A DNA stretch of 64,000 nt from an uncultured Acidobacteriota bacterium (GCA_963796275.1 CAWCKY010000001.1:1056001-1120000), one strand, 5' to 3'; shown: positions 35,639 to 46,524, counted from the stretch's first letter. Made by a program: numbers and translations. The notes: generated from the sequence alone by a model not told the origin.

Positions 35639-38053
35639 ATGCGGATATTAAGTTTGCCTGTCAACTTCGTCAAGATTTCAATCAGATCGACGCGGACTCC
35701 GCTTCTCGCTTTCGCGGTCGTAAGCGTGATGGCGATAATATTGGCTAGTTCGATCTTCGCCGTAAAACGCTCATCGGTGATTGGAATTAACTCGACTGAA
35801 AAGACCCGGCAAGGGTGTTGCTCGGATCAGCCAGCAATATTGCGCCGAATGGTCGGGACTTACTATACAACCGAGGACGGCTTCCAATCCACTCTTATTC
35901 TAAACAATAAAGGGCCGAATCAGATCATCGTCACTCCCATCCTACACAGCCAAAACGGACAGAGTTACACCGCATCGCCAGTAGCCGTAGTCGGCCAATC
36001 ATCACTTGAAGTCGATCTGAACCTGCTGGCATCGATTGCCGGGCCTCAGTTCCGCTCCGGAAGCTTTGAATTCACCTACGAGGGACGATTGTTAGAGGTA
36101 GGCGGAGGATTGAGGATCATCAATCCGGAAAAGAGCCTGATTTTCGACGAGCAATTGCTTGAACCTGGCATGAAATTCCCATCTTCTCGACTCGAAGCCG
36201 TCTATGCTGTTCCCTTCGAAGATTCACAGGTAAACATAATTGTGACCAACATAACGGCGGAGCCGATCTTTGTAAATGGAGATGCAATCTTCGCCGGGGC
36301 CAACGGGCATCACCCGATTCAGATCAAGCTTGAACCTCACCAAACGCTAGACGTCAAAATGCCTCACGGTCTGATCAAGAAGGCTTCAGCCGGCGCGGTT
36401 TCACTCAATCACAACGGTGGCAAGGGCGCGCTGCTGGCAAAGATTCATCTCCAGGCTATTGACAGGGGATATTCCGAATCGGTCAACTTCATCAATCCCG
36501 ACGGCAAGACCAATGAGCGGCACGGCGCAGGCCTGCGACTCGGAAGTGTCAACAACGATCCGCTCAGAACCTTGATCGCCGTCCGCAATATCGGTGATAG
36601 CTCAACAACCGTGACGGCGACTGTCCCTTACTCGAAAGACAGCGGCAAAATTGGAACAATCGTGCTGCCGGAGGTTTCGCTTGACTCGGGTGAGATTAGA
36701 CTGATGGAGACATCTAACCCGCAATTGAGACAGATCGACTTCGCCACTGCCGGCCTTGAGATAAAATACACAGGCGAGCCGGGCAGCGTGATTGCTACGG
36801 CATTGAGCGTATCGCAAAGCGGCAATCATGTCTTCGCGGTGCCGATGAAAGACCCGAAGGGTGGTTTGAGCAGTACAGGTGGTTATCCGTGGTTCATTAA
36901 AGAGAGCTCCTCAACGGTTGTCTTTATAAAGAACGTAACTAGTGATTCACAGGAGTTTCTACTAAATATTATTTATCCGGGAGGTCGCTGGGGAAAGAAT
37001 CGAACAATTGCACCGAATCAAACCATCCAGATAGACATTCGTGAGGTGCGCAACTCTCAGGAAAAAGGGGTTGAAGGTAACGTAATTCCAATAGACGCGA
37101 CCTCTGGGCATGTTTCATGGGCTTATCGTGGCAAACAAAACAAGGTACTGATCGGTCGTGCGCAATCTGTTGACTTCAGCAACGGCTTGGCTTCAACTTA
37201 TGAGTGTCAGTGTAGTTGTGGGAATATTTACAGGGTGTCTCGATTGGTGCCATTTAATTCCACGATACAGTTTCCTGGATCTAAACAATTGGAGCCTCAA
37301 AGCGCATACTATGATTGTTTTGGGAATCCTACGGATTTTTTCCCTGCCTCTCCTATGAATTCAATATTCTGGAGTTCGGATAATACGAATGCTGCTTCCG
37401 TTTCCAATGGGCATGTAACCGGTAATGGGAGTGGAAGCGCAACAATATATGCCTCATGGAATGAATACTATTCCGAGTGTTTCATTCTTCCTGGTGAACT
37501 AAACTGCTATACATCTTGTATGGATCGGACAGGGTCCGCTAGTACTTATGCTTCGGTTACTGTGCAGTGCGTTTACCCGACCGGCGAAACCTTTGCATCC
37601 ACCGGTTGGTCGGCGGAAGTGCCAACCGCCCAGAAATGGATGATGACTCTTACCCCCACGACTACAAATTTTGCCGGACGCTTCGTTTTTGAAACAGACC
37701 CTGGCGGCGGGATTGATGGGTGCCACTTCCCCGGCTCCGAAATCGATCCAGAGCCTTCGTGTTGCGATAACGCAATCCCCTCCACTTGGCCGGTCGAAAG
37801 CGGCAACCGGTGGGGCCCTGATGTTGTTGGATGGCTCCCGTCGGCCGTTGAATATTATCAGTTAGAGAGGCTCACTCGTGGGTTACCCTTGCCCTGTCGC
37901 GCGACCTGGCCCCAGAGGATGAGGATGCACTGTGGGACGCTGGGGGCGTCCAGCAATTACGTGGATAATATTCTCTTTGCAGAAATTGATGTGACCACGG
38001 TTAGTAGTGGGCGCAACGGCCGTTTTGAGCAAAGAGAATGGCCTGTCCCGTAG
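35639..38053 (+). CDS. Large exported beta-rich hypothetical protein with Ig-like segment and Cys-rich C-terminus (transposon cargo)
   Basis: ORF 35588-38053; ATG 35639 has a GGAGG RBS; N-terminal TM/signal; WSSDNTNAASVS Big_2-like motif. Confidence 0.75.
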   Translation: MRILSLPVNFVKISIRSTRTPLLAFAVVSVMAIILASSIFAVKRSSVIGINSTEKTRQGCCSDQPAILRRMVGTYYTTEDGFQSTLILNNKGPNQIIVTPILHSQNGQSYTASPVAVVGQSSLEVDLNLLASIAGPQFRSGSFEFTYEGRLLEVGGGLRIINPEKSLIFDEQLLEPGMKFPSSRLEAVYAVPFEDSQVNIIVTNITAEPIFVNGDAIFAGANGHHPIQIKLEPHQTLDVKMPHGLIKKASAGAVSLNHNGGKGALLAKIHLQAIDRGYSESVNFINPDGKTNERHGAGLRLGSVNNDPLRTLIAVRNIGDSSTTVTATVPYSKDSGKIGTIVLPEVSLDSGEIRLMETSNPQLRQIDFATAGLEIKYTGEPGSVIATALSVSQSGNHVFAVPMKDPKGGLSSTGGYPWFIKESSSTVVFIKNVTSDSQEFLLNIIYPGGRWGKNRTIAPNQTIQIDIREVRNSQEKGVEGNVIPIDATSGHVSWAYRGKQNKVLIGRAQSVDFSNGLASTYECQCSCGNIYRVSRLVPFNSTIQFPGSKQLEPQSAYYDCFGNPTDFFPASPMNSIFWSSDNTNAASVSNGHVTGNGSGSATIYASWNEYYSECFILPGELNCYTSCMDRTGSASTYASVTVQCVYPTGETFASTGWSAEVPTAQKWMMTLTPTTTNFAGRFVFETDPGGGIDGCHFPGSEIDPEPSCCDNAIPSTWPVESGNRWGPDVVGWLPSAVEYYQLERLTRGLPLPCRATWPQRMRMHCGTLGASSNYVDNILFAEIDVTTVSSGRNGRFEQREWPVP

Positions 38054-38207
38054 AATGGGATAAATGGGATAGTCATTGGAGCCCCGGTCACGGTGAGCGA
38101 CCAATGTTAGTAGATGGAGAATCCTGGGATCGGTACCAAGCCTACTAAAACTGACAAAGGGCTTTTCCGGTCCTATTACAATCGCGACGAGGTTAGGAGG
38201 TGAATCA

Positions 38208-39008
38208 ATGCGACTAAGATCGTTTTACTATCACCATGTGATTTCCTTGTTGGTTCTCTTTGCAATCTTCGTGTCCGTCTATCAGCCCCCCGGATTAACA
38301 CTACATGCATACGAAGCAGGAACCCAAGGGGTTGAAAAGCTCTCGGTTAATAACCACCGTCCGATTGCCGAAGCCGTCAAACTACTCCAGAACAAATATG
38401 GGTTGATCATTACCTATGAAGATCCTCGGTTTATTTACGAAGCCGACCTCGTGGATGAGACGGATCCACAATATCGTCAAGAGCATCCTGGCGGGTACAG
38501 GGCGCTCTCTCCGAAAGGTGGGCATCTTGAAATCAACTATGTTGTATCGCCGGTGATTGGGAAACCAGAGTCCCCCCTAACCCTGCTTCAACAAATTTTA
38601 GATGCCGCTGCCGCCTCTGGGTATCCAGGGCGCTTTCGCCCTATCCAGACTGGGCGTTTTTTTCACGTCATTCCAAGACAAGTCAAAAATAGTCGAGGGC
38701 AATGGGTGGATCAGGGCTCGATCCTCGATCTTCCGATCAGTTTTCCTGAACGGGAACGAACGGTCTTTGAGACGGTGGAAACCGTCCTCAAAGCGGTAAG
38801 TCAATCGGCCGGGATCAGAGTCGCACTCGCGACGGCTCCCGTGAAGCTGTTGATCTCGACCAAAACCACTCAAAGCGCCTCTAACGAGATTGCCAGAGAC
38901 GTCCTAGTCAGAACGCTGGAAAGTACCAAGCAGAAGCTCTCATGGCGTCTTCTCTATGGCCCAGGTCAGAAATGGTACGCGTTAAATCTGCGTTCAGTCC
39001 CCAACTGA
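38208..39008 (+). CDS. Exported hypothetical protein (transposon cargo)
   Basis: AGGAGG RBS, N-terminal hydrophobic segment; 266 aa. Confidence 0.75.
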   Translation: MRLRSFYYHHVISLLVLFAIFVSVYQPPGLTLHAYEAGTQGVEKLSVNNHRPIAEAVKLLQNKYGLIITYEDPRFIYEADLVDETDPQYRQEHPGGYRALSPKGGHLEINYVVSPVIGKPESPLTLLQQILDAAAASGYPGRFRPIQTGRFFHVIPRQVKNSRGQWVDQGSILDLPISFPERERTVFETVETVLKAVSQSAGIRVALATAPVKLLISTKTTQSASNEIARDVLVRTLESTKQKLSWRLLYGPGQKWYALNLRSVPN

Positions 39009-39272
39009 GAAGAAACCTCGGCATCGGCTATGTAGTCCTTAAACGGCCTCCGGTAATGTTTAGCAATGGAACGATTTTGGTCGTTTTCAAACTTATTGTT
39101 TAATGGCACGTCCGCCAGCGCTATTCATTTCATCTGGCTTTCCCAACGAGCGTAAGCTCTTTGAGATGATGAAGGCGACTCTGCGATATTCATAAACATG
39201 GGTTACATGGGTGGATAATTTCGCAATTTCACGTGAGCACGAAAAGCCCAATAGGTTGTGGAGTCAAAGCCC

Positions 39273-41036
39273 CTACGCAGATTTGATAAGCTCAGGCCCA
39301 AGATATAGCCGTAACTGCTTGGTTTCATGTGGCTTCTTCATAGATCTTTGGATCGTCTGGTGATTAGGTTCGATCCGGTCACGCACCCAGAGTGGATCAA
39401 ATGGGGTTATCTGTCTCGATTGAAATGAGTGGTCGTGATAGACCGGTTGCGAGATGGCGGTTGGACGAGCAGATTTCTTGCCCCACTTGCACTGGTACTC
39501 AGTCAATATCTGAGATTGATACTCGGCACGCAAACGTCCACCCCAGCACGAGAGCTGGATGGGGGTGCGTGGCAGACCTGCTTCGACATAAATCCTCCAA
39601 CGCCCGATTCGGACGAAGCCGCGATCATCGGTCGTTCGTTGGCAGTATCGTTGCCCAAAAGCTCGCTGTAGATCGGCCAGGTCAATCTGCTTGCCTCTGG
39701 ATTCTCCGAGGACCTCCAACGGCGTGCGTCTTCCATCATTGCGGCGTTGGTGCGCCCAGTGTGGCAACCGGTTGTGATCGCGAATCAATTCGCGATGAAA
39801 TTCGACTGCAGACTCGATCGTCTTGCATCTTTCCCAGTGATACTCGCCAACCCGGGCCTGAATGCCGAACTGGCTCTCGATCAGGTTCTGCCAGGGATGG
39901 CCCTTTTCATACAGGTGATGGTGAATGCCGAGCTGCCTATTGGCACGCGTGAAATCGTGGCTGATAAACTGGCCTCCGTGATCGGAGATCACTTCTTCCC
40001 AAAGCCCCCAACGCAGTAGCGCCTGAAAGTAGACGTAAAGGATCACGCCGACTTCCTGTTCTGACGTGAGCGAACCGGCGAGGATGGTTCTGGAGAGACC
40101 TTCCAACAACAAGGTTGAATAGAGTTGGACACCTGCGGGCTTGGCGTCGAGATAGCGGAGGTCAACGTAAACGTGTTGGAATGGATGCTGACTTTTTGAC
40201 GGTCCCTCGCGTGGATCCCGTGGCTCGACGATAGCCACAAGTCGTTGTGGGGCCAGGTGGATGCGGCGATTGAGCGCCATGATCTTTTTGATCGTCGCCG
40301 GGCTAAGATAGATGTCGTAGTCCTGTTCTAAATATCCATTGATGCGGAACCAACCAGCATATCCGTATTTCTTTTGCAATTCGAGCACAGCGTGAATAGC
40401 GCCGAAAAACACTTTACGAGCCGGTCGATGCGGTGCGCGTGAAAGATCCAGCAGCCAGAGTTGTTTGTTGTCCGGTTGCGATTCAGCTTGGCGCGCGCGG
40501 CGCAGCCATTTTATGACGGTGTTGCGTGAGCAACGGAGTAATCGCGCAATCCGTTTCTCCGTCCAGCCCTGTTGTCGTAACTTGACCATTTCCTGCCGTA
40601 ACAACTGAGGGCTATCCGGCACGGGATACTGAATGAGACGTTGAAATTCAGGGTAGCGCCAGATGGGATAGCGTTCCAGCAATGCCTTTACCGTTTCGTG
40701 ATGGATGCGGTGATCAGTGGTCGCAAGCAAAACTCGCGCCAGTTCCCGGTCGGAGGCTGAGGGCACACAACACTTATAATAAAGCAGCGTCACGATGACC
40801 TGTTCGGGTGTTTGTGGTTCACGGGGATAGTCAGTTGCCGGGAACAGTCCCCGCATGCCTTCTTCCCGAAACTGGCGCAACCAACGACAGACAGTACTGT
40901 AAGAAAGCCCAAGCGCATCTTCCTGTTCTTCCGCCGATCGTTTCCCGGCCAGGCAGGGGGCGATGTAATGATATCGTTGCTGAGTTTCGCAAGTGATGGG
41001 CACTTCATCAAAATGCAAGGCAAGCTGTACAGACAT
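39273..41036 (-). CDS. DDE (rve/IS481-like) transposase with multiple N-terminal HTH motifs
   Basis: HTHs YSTVCRWLRQF and SRNTVIKWLRR; triad VD-L / SDHGGQF / LIES; ATG 41036 with GAAAGGA RBS. Confidence 0.85.
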   Translation of the reverse strand: MSVQLALHFDEVPITCETQQRYHYIAPCLAGKRSAEEQEDALGLSYSTVCRWLRQFREEGMRGLFPATDYPREPQTPEQVIVTLLYYKCCVPSASDRELARVLLATTDHRIHHETVKALLERYPIWRYPEFQRLIQYPVPDSPQLLRQEMVKLRQQGWTEKRIARLLRCSRNTVIKWLRRARQAESQPDNKQLWLLDLSRAPHRPARKVFFGAIHAVLELQKKYGYAGWFRINGYLEQDYDIYLSPATIKKIMALNRRIHLAPQRLVAIVEPRDPREGPSKSQHPFQHVYVDLRYLDAKPAGVQLYSTLLLEGLSRTILAGSLTSEQEVGVILYVYFQALLRWGLWEEVISDHGGQFISHDFTRANRQLGIHHHLYEKGHPWQNLIESQFGIQARVGEYHWERCKTIESAVEFHRELIRDHNRLPHWAHQRRNDGRRTPLEVLGESRGKQIDLADLQRAFGQRYCQRTTDDRGFVRIGRWRIYVEAGLPRTPIQLSCWGGRLRAEYQSQILTEYQCKWGKKSARPTAISQPVYHDHSFQSRQITPFDPLWVRDRIEPNHQTIQRSMKKPHETKQLRLYLGPELIKSA

Positions 41037-41202
41037 TGAGTATATCCTTTCAATACGATGGGTGGCACTCAATGCTATACGCCGCGAAAATCCTCATCCG
41101 ATTTTCAGCGCTTATTCTCAATTGTCGTGAAGGCTGAGATGGCCTCTAGAGATGGAGGCCACGTCGTGTTTTAACAGCGAAATTAGATATCAGAGATGGG
41201 TT

Positions 41203-43603
41203 GTCGGGTAAGGGGGCGACGTTGCCGCCGCGCGCCCTCCCCTCAGAACTGATCGTGCCGGTTATCCCGGCAATCAGCTCAAGCCTTTCCAACGCCCTTT
41301 TCAGGACGCGGTTTCACCACCACTAACTTTTGGCTATGGACTTCTTGATGGCATCCAGGGTGTAGCAAGACCAGATTACTTGCGCCGTCTGTTCCACCGT
41401 GAGATTTCCAAATGAGGTGATGCGTTTGCCATCCCGTCAGCTTGGTGATTCTCTCCTGGCAGACCGGACATTTCCCCTCTTGCTCTCTCCACAGAAACAG
41501 CAGCATTTTGAGCCCTCTGAGCGACCCCTCTGTCTTAACATCGAGGCGCTGCTCAAAATACCTTTCCCAGTGTGGATCATAGGGATTGGCTTCACCTTTG
41601 ATTTTGGTGTGCCTGCGAATGGGCGTGTAGGCGAGGCTGTAGAGCCTGATTTGCCTTGTATTTCCGCGCAGTCGCATTTCCCCGCTAAAGACCCAGTGGC
41701 GATCCCCGATGGTCTGGAAATATTTCTCCTTGATCCATTGGCGTGATTTACGCGGATGACGGCGGCGACACCACTTCCACAGCGATTTGAAGGTCGCACA
41801 GTCTATCTTCTGAAAAGTCTGTTTACTCGATGCGTGCCGGTGGTAGTTTGCCCAGCCCCTCAGGATCGGGTTGAGCATCCAGATCAAAATCCCCGGCGCG
41901 ACGTGGCGGTTGGCTTTGATCACTTCGCGGATTCGCTTCAGCAGGCTGTTGATGCTCTGTTGAGACGGATGGATCAGTGTCTTCCCCTGACCATATTCCC
42001 GGATGTGCTGACCGAGGAAGTCAACCCCCTCAGAGATATGTACGATCTTTGTCTTCTCCGGTGAGAGTTCCAGTCCCCTGATTTCGAGAAACTCTTCAAT
42101 CAGCGGCATGACCTCGTTCTCCAGTAGTTCTTCCGAACTGCCGGTCACGATGACGTCATCGGCGAATCTCACCAAATTGACTTTGGCCTGTCTGCCTGGG
42201 CGTGTGTTCTTCTTGAACCTTGGGTTCTTGCTCAACACCCGTTCCAGGCCATCGAGCGTCCAGTTCATCAGCACTGGCGAAATCGTCCCGCCCTGTGGCG
42301 TCCCGGCTTCGGTTTCATGCCACTCACCTTGCTCGATAAATCCTGCTTTCAGCCATTTCTTCAGGGTCTGCTTGTCCATCGGAACGTGGTCCAAGAGCCA
42401 CTGATGGCTGATCCTGTCGAAGCAGGATCGGATATCGCATTTGAGTATCCACTTGGCCGAACCTTTTCGGCACAGCATCCGGAAGGCATGGTCGGTGGCG
42501 TCCACCGGTGCCCGACCTATCCGAAAGCCATAAGAGTTCGGGTCAGCCTTTGTCTCCGCAATCGGATCGAGCGCCAGTAAGTGTAATGCTTGCCGGGCTC
42601 GATCGTTCATGACGGGAATACTCAGGCCGCGCTGTCGTCCGTCACTTTTGGGAATGTAGACACGCTTGAGTGGTTGGGGGTGGTAGCCCCTCACCTTCAA
42701 TTCGTCTACAGCTGTTGCTTTTTTCTCCGGTGTGTCCCAGATCACTCCGTCTACACCGGGAGTCTTTTTTCCTTGGTTCGTAGTCACTCGTTTAACGGCC
42801 AGACATCGGGCGCTGAACGAGTGGGTGAGCAGACGTTGCAGGGCTCTGACCTTGTTCCATCTGCCCTCCTGTGTTGCCTTGACGATACGTGACTGGAGCC
42901 GACGCACGTTCTGATTGACTGTTCGCCAGCTGATGGTCGTCCAGTCGATCTGCCCGTTGGGGACCGCACCAGCCTGTGTCTCCACTGCTGCCATCTGCTT
43001 TGTCTCCGGTGTCGGTAGCTCAGTTTTCTCGCCGGGAAAGACCAGATGGAAGTCTGCCCGCTTTCGCGTGGAGTGATCTTGTCGAGTGGCGCAACTCCTA
43101 TCCGTCTCATTACAAGGCGGCTTTCGCTTTTTCCATCCTCCTTTGCCCGCACTCCTATCGGCTCGCCTCACGGCTCGCTTTCCCATCCGGGAGAAGTACG
43201 GGTTTACCACGTTCCGCAATTGCGACCTGACGGGTTAGGTCTCGCCTATACGCCGGTAGCCCAACGTCTGCGGTGGCGGACTTTGGAGCCTCCACCCTGG
43301 CTACTTACCTTTTGGTTCAAGCCTCTCAGCCGGTTTGGCTTGTCGGATCTCACGACGCTTGCGGCGATTCACATTTGTTGACCATACCGTCGAACCCTAG
43401 CCCCCGACCGCCTTCCGGCTGGCAGTCACAGCTTCCTCTCGCGATTCGGCTGCCAATCTCTCACGATTGGGGTTACATTGTTCCGAGAGCTTCACACCCC
43501 GCCGTTGCCGGCGACGCATGTCCCGGTAGGGTACTTGCGGCAGAACGCAAGGTGATCTCATAAATTCAAGGATCACAGTCGAAATTGCGACTTCGTGTCG
43601 CAC
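41203..43603 (-). mobile_element. Group IIB (chloroplast-like class) intron
   Basis: 5' GTGCGACACGAAGTCGC; domain V GAGCTGATTGCCGGGATAACCGGCACGATCAGTTC; domain VI ending CCCGAC; removing it restores the TIR. Confidence 0.92.
41279..42994 (-). CDS. ltrA: Group II intron reverse transcriptase/maturase with HNH endonuclease
   Basis: KKTPGVDG, GTPQGG, RFADD, FLG, GWANY, CPVC..HH..N..LH..CH; likely start MAAVETQ. Confidence 0.95.
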   Translation of the reverse strand: MAAVETQAGAVPNGQIDWTTISWRTVNQNVRRLQSRIVKATQEGRWNKVRALQRLLTHSFSARCLAVKRVTTNQGKKTPGVDGVIWDTPEKKATAVDELKVRGYHPQPLKRVYIPKSDGRQRGLSIPVMNDRARQALHLLALDPIAETKADPNSYGFRIGRAPVDATDHAFRMLCRKGSAKWILKCDIRSCFDRISHQWLLDHVPMDKQTLKKWLKAGFIEQGEWHETEAGTPQGGTISPVLMNWTLDGLERVLSKNPRFKKNTRPGRQAKVNLVRFADDVIVTGSSEELLENEVMPLIEEFLEIRGLELSPEKTKIVHISEGVDFLGQHIREYGQGKTLIHPSQQSINSLLKRIREVIKANRHVAPGILIWMLNPILRGWANYHRHASSKQTFQKIDCATFKSLWKWCRRRHPRKSRQWIKEKYFQTIGDRHWVFSGEMRLRGNTRQIRLYSLAYTPIRRHTKIKGEANPYDPHWERYFEQRLDVKTEGSLRGLKMLLFLWREQEGKCPVCQERITKLTGWQTHHLIWKSHGGTDGASNLVLLHPGCHQEVHSQKLVVVKPRPEKGVGKA

Positions 43604-43650
43604 CCAGAGCTGATCCGCCATTTGTGCCAACGATGTTGATAGCCAGCGCA

Positions 43651-45561
43651 CACGTTTCCCGAGGGGGTTTGCGCCAGGGGCCGGAAAGATTGAAAACGCG
43701 TGTATGGTTCGCCCAGGCTTGCGGGGAACCCTACGTCGTTCACCACACCGACGATCTCCTGCCAGCCGCGATCGTTGGGATTCGTGCCGCCGATGCGTTT
43801 GCCGATCGGGTTTTCGTTTGGCCAGAAGCGCCGCGCCATCGTTTCGTTGATGATGATAACCGCAGGGCGGTCGGCGATGTCGGCCGAGGTGAAAAAACGC
43901 CCCGAGAGCAGGCGGATACCGTAGGTCTCGAAGTAGCGCACGCTCACCGGTTCGCGGAAGACCTCCGGATATTGACCAGGCGCTGGCACGGGTTGACCTT
44001 CGACGACGAAGGAGCCACTGCTGCCGAAACCCCAGATCGGTTGCGAAGCGGAGAGCGCGGCCTGCTCGACGCCGGGCAGCGTGCGCAGACGCTCTTCGAG
44101 TTTTTGATAGAAAGCGGCGCGTTGAGCTGGGGTCGTGTATTCCGCGCCACGGGGAGAGGTTTGCGCCGTCAACAGACCGTCCACGCTCCAGCCGGGATCG
44201 AGAATGGCGAAACGTTGCAGCCCGCGCAGGAATAGACCGGCTCCCGTGAGCAGGATCAGCGCGAATGCCACCTCGCCGACGATCAGTGCGCTTCGCAGGC
44301 GTTGCTGCGAACGGCTGGCGCTCGATCCGCGCACGTTCTCTCTCAGAACCTGATTGACATCGGCGCGTGAGGCCAGCCATGCCGGAACCGTGCCGAAGAT
44401 CAGACCTGTCAGCACGGAGCAGAGCAAGGCGAAACCGAATACGCTGAGATCGAGCGTCACCTTCATACCAGGTAACTCGTTGAAGAGTCGGCGGCTGATG
44501 AATCCGACGCCCAGCATCGCGAGCACGAGGCTGAGCGCGCCGCCGATGAGCGCGATAGCGAGGCTTTCGATGAGGGATTGCCGCAGCAGACGGATGCGCC
44601 CGGCACCGAGCGCGGCGCGAACGGCGAACTCGCGGGCGCGCGCTGCGGTGCGGGCGAGCTGTAGATTGGCGAGGTTGGCGCAGGCGATGAGCAGCACGAA
44701 GCCGGCCAGGCCGAAGGTGAACCACATGACCCTCCGCCCGATCTGATCCGACATCGACAGCCGAAGCTGTTCGAGACGCAGACTCTCGTTCTGGTTTTGC
44801 GCAGTCTCTTTTGTGATATTTGCGGCGAGCGTCTTCATCGCCTGGTCGGCCTGCGCGATGGTCACGCCGGGCTTAAGGCGCGCGAAAGCCTGCAGGTAGT
44901 TGTTGCCGCGGAATCGTCGCCCCTCGGCGTTAAACGCCAGGGGACGCCACACATCGACATTGCCCCACAGGAGCGGATGATCGAAACCGCCGGGCATGAC
45001 GCCGATGACCTTGATGTTTTCGCTGTTCAGTCGCAAAGCTCGTCCGATGACATTAGGGTCGCCGCCGAAGCGGCTCATCCAGAACCGGTTGCTGAGGACG
45101 ACGACCTTGTCAGCGCCGGTCTCATGCTCCTCCTGTGTGAATACGCGCCCCAGGACCGGCTGAATGCGCAGCGCAGGGAAGAAGTCGGCCGAGACCACGA
45201 AGCCCTGCAAGCGTTCGGCGGGCTCTCCCGGCTCGGCGAAATTGGGACTTATCCCGCTGTAGGCGACCATTTGCTCGAATACGCCATTCTTCTCGCGCTG
45301 ATCGAAGAAGTTCCCCGGCGAATGCGGCCAACTCTGCGAATGTATGGATGTCCGAAAAATACGCACCAGCGCATCCGGGGCCGGATATGGAAGCGCGCGA
45401 AACAGATATGTGTTGAGTACACTGAACATCGCCGTATTGGCGCCGATGCCGAGCGCGAGGGTGAGCGCTGCCACGGCAGTGAATCCTTTATCCTTCAGCA
45501 GCATCCGCAGGCCGAACCGCAGGTCTTGCAACATTTCGTACTCCCATATTTCAGTTGTCAT
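43651..45561 (-). pseudogene. 5' part of an ADOP permease split by the transposon
   Basis: [32 protein letters not shown]; homology ends at the TSD. Confidence 0.9.
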
Positions 45562-45846
45562 AGCGCCTTCGGGCGCAGTTTAGATAGGCATGTGAGGTTA
45601 GTGATCAGATATAGGTTTTGGTTTCAAACAGAGGAATTCCCCATAAACAATATGAAAAACAGACATAAAGGCATGAAGTGCTTTGACGGAATCCCACCAA
45701 CGGCAGTTGGGGGATTAGATCAAAGTAGGCATGACTGTATGTTGGTATTAACGATCCCCTACTCCCGTTTTGGAGATTAGTAGTGCACCTGTACCCCTGT
45801 GTCGGCTGATCTTATAACCAATCCCCACCGTTCACTTACGAATGCT

Positions 45847-46278
45847 TCAATGGCTTTCTGGGAGCGTGTACTCGAAATCGTAGTAATGCTTGCCCCCATC
45901 GATCTTGATCGCCATCTTGCCTGCGAGCCCTATCAGTTGATTTGTGCCGGAGTCCGGCACCACTGTCACGCTCAATTGCGGCACCCCGCGCGTCATTGTG
46001 CCGCTGTGCTGAAGTACGAATGAGCCTTGGCGGCCACCCAGCGTTCCGCTGACCCGCTCGATCGCGACGTAGCCTGCCGAGTCCTTCACCGGCGTGCCGG
46101 CGGTCAGCATCTGACCCTGGCTGGTACCTTCGAGATCGCCATGAAACTGTTTGTCGATTGTCATTCTGCCCAGGGTCACATCCTCAGATTCCTTCCCTGT
46201 GGATTTGTCGTCCCGCCCCTGAGGGCTCAACTTCACTTCAAACATTCCACTTGCAAGAGTCGTCATGATCGCCTCCAT
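45847..46278 (-). CDS. DUF3224 family protein
   Basis: [32 protein letters not shown]. Confidence 0.85.
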   Translation of the reverse strand: MEAIMTTLASGMFEVKLSPQGRDDKSTGKESEDVTLGRMTIDKQFHGDLEGTSQGQMLTAGTPVKDSAGYVAIERVSGTLGGRQGSFVLQHSGTMTRGVPQLSVTVVPDSGTNQLIGLAGKMAIKIDGGKHYYDFEYTLPESH

Positions 46279-46524
46279 TTATGTTGGATTTGTAATGCGA
46301 CCGCCTGGCAGGTTGATGACCGGAACGGCCTTGATCCGGAGTAAGACTGCTGAAGACGGCTGTTATGTCTGCTATTGGCAATGATCATACGCAGCATTTT
46401 ACACTCGACCAACTTGAGCGAGCCACTTTTTTCGGAGGCGTTGGGACAGGAATAGTTTTCAGTTTCAGTTGTAGAAGTTGCTCACTTGAAGTGCGAACTG
46501 AAAACTAAAAACTGAAAACTGGAT

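Larger units (their letters stand above)
34886..43650. mobile_element. 8765-bp cargo-carrying DDE transposon with ~100-bp TIRs and 7-bp TSD
   Basis: Ends TGCTCTGGCTATCGACATCG / TGCGCTGGCTATCAACATCG; TSD CACGTTT at 34879-34885 and 43651-43657. Confidence 0.92.

Noticed and set aside
41138-41160. GGCCTCTAGAGATG shared with about 25542-25556
   Set aside because: Only 14 bp with no extended similarity; could be chance.
41279-43219. Retron, DGR or other novel RT system; the 646-aa start at 43219
   Set aside because: Intron domains V/VI, the GTGCG 5' end and the maturase and HNH domains identify a group II intron. The first 75 codons are intron RNA structure.
34886-43650. IS21, Tn7/Mu or composite transposon
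   Set aside because: No IstB/TnsC ATPase and no paired IS copies.
43397-44725. 442-aa alternate-frame ORF and other long antisense ORFs (e.g. 53273-54472, 61737-62852, 44797-45780)
   Set aside because: Shadow ORFs of GC-rich genes with Arg/Pro-biased composition and no motifs.
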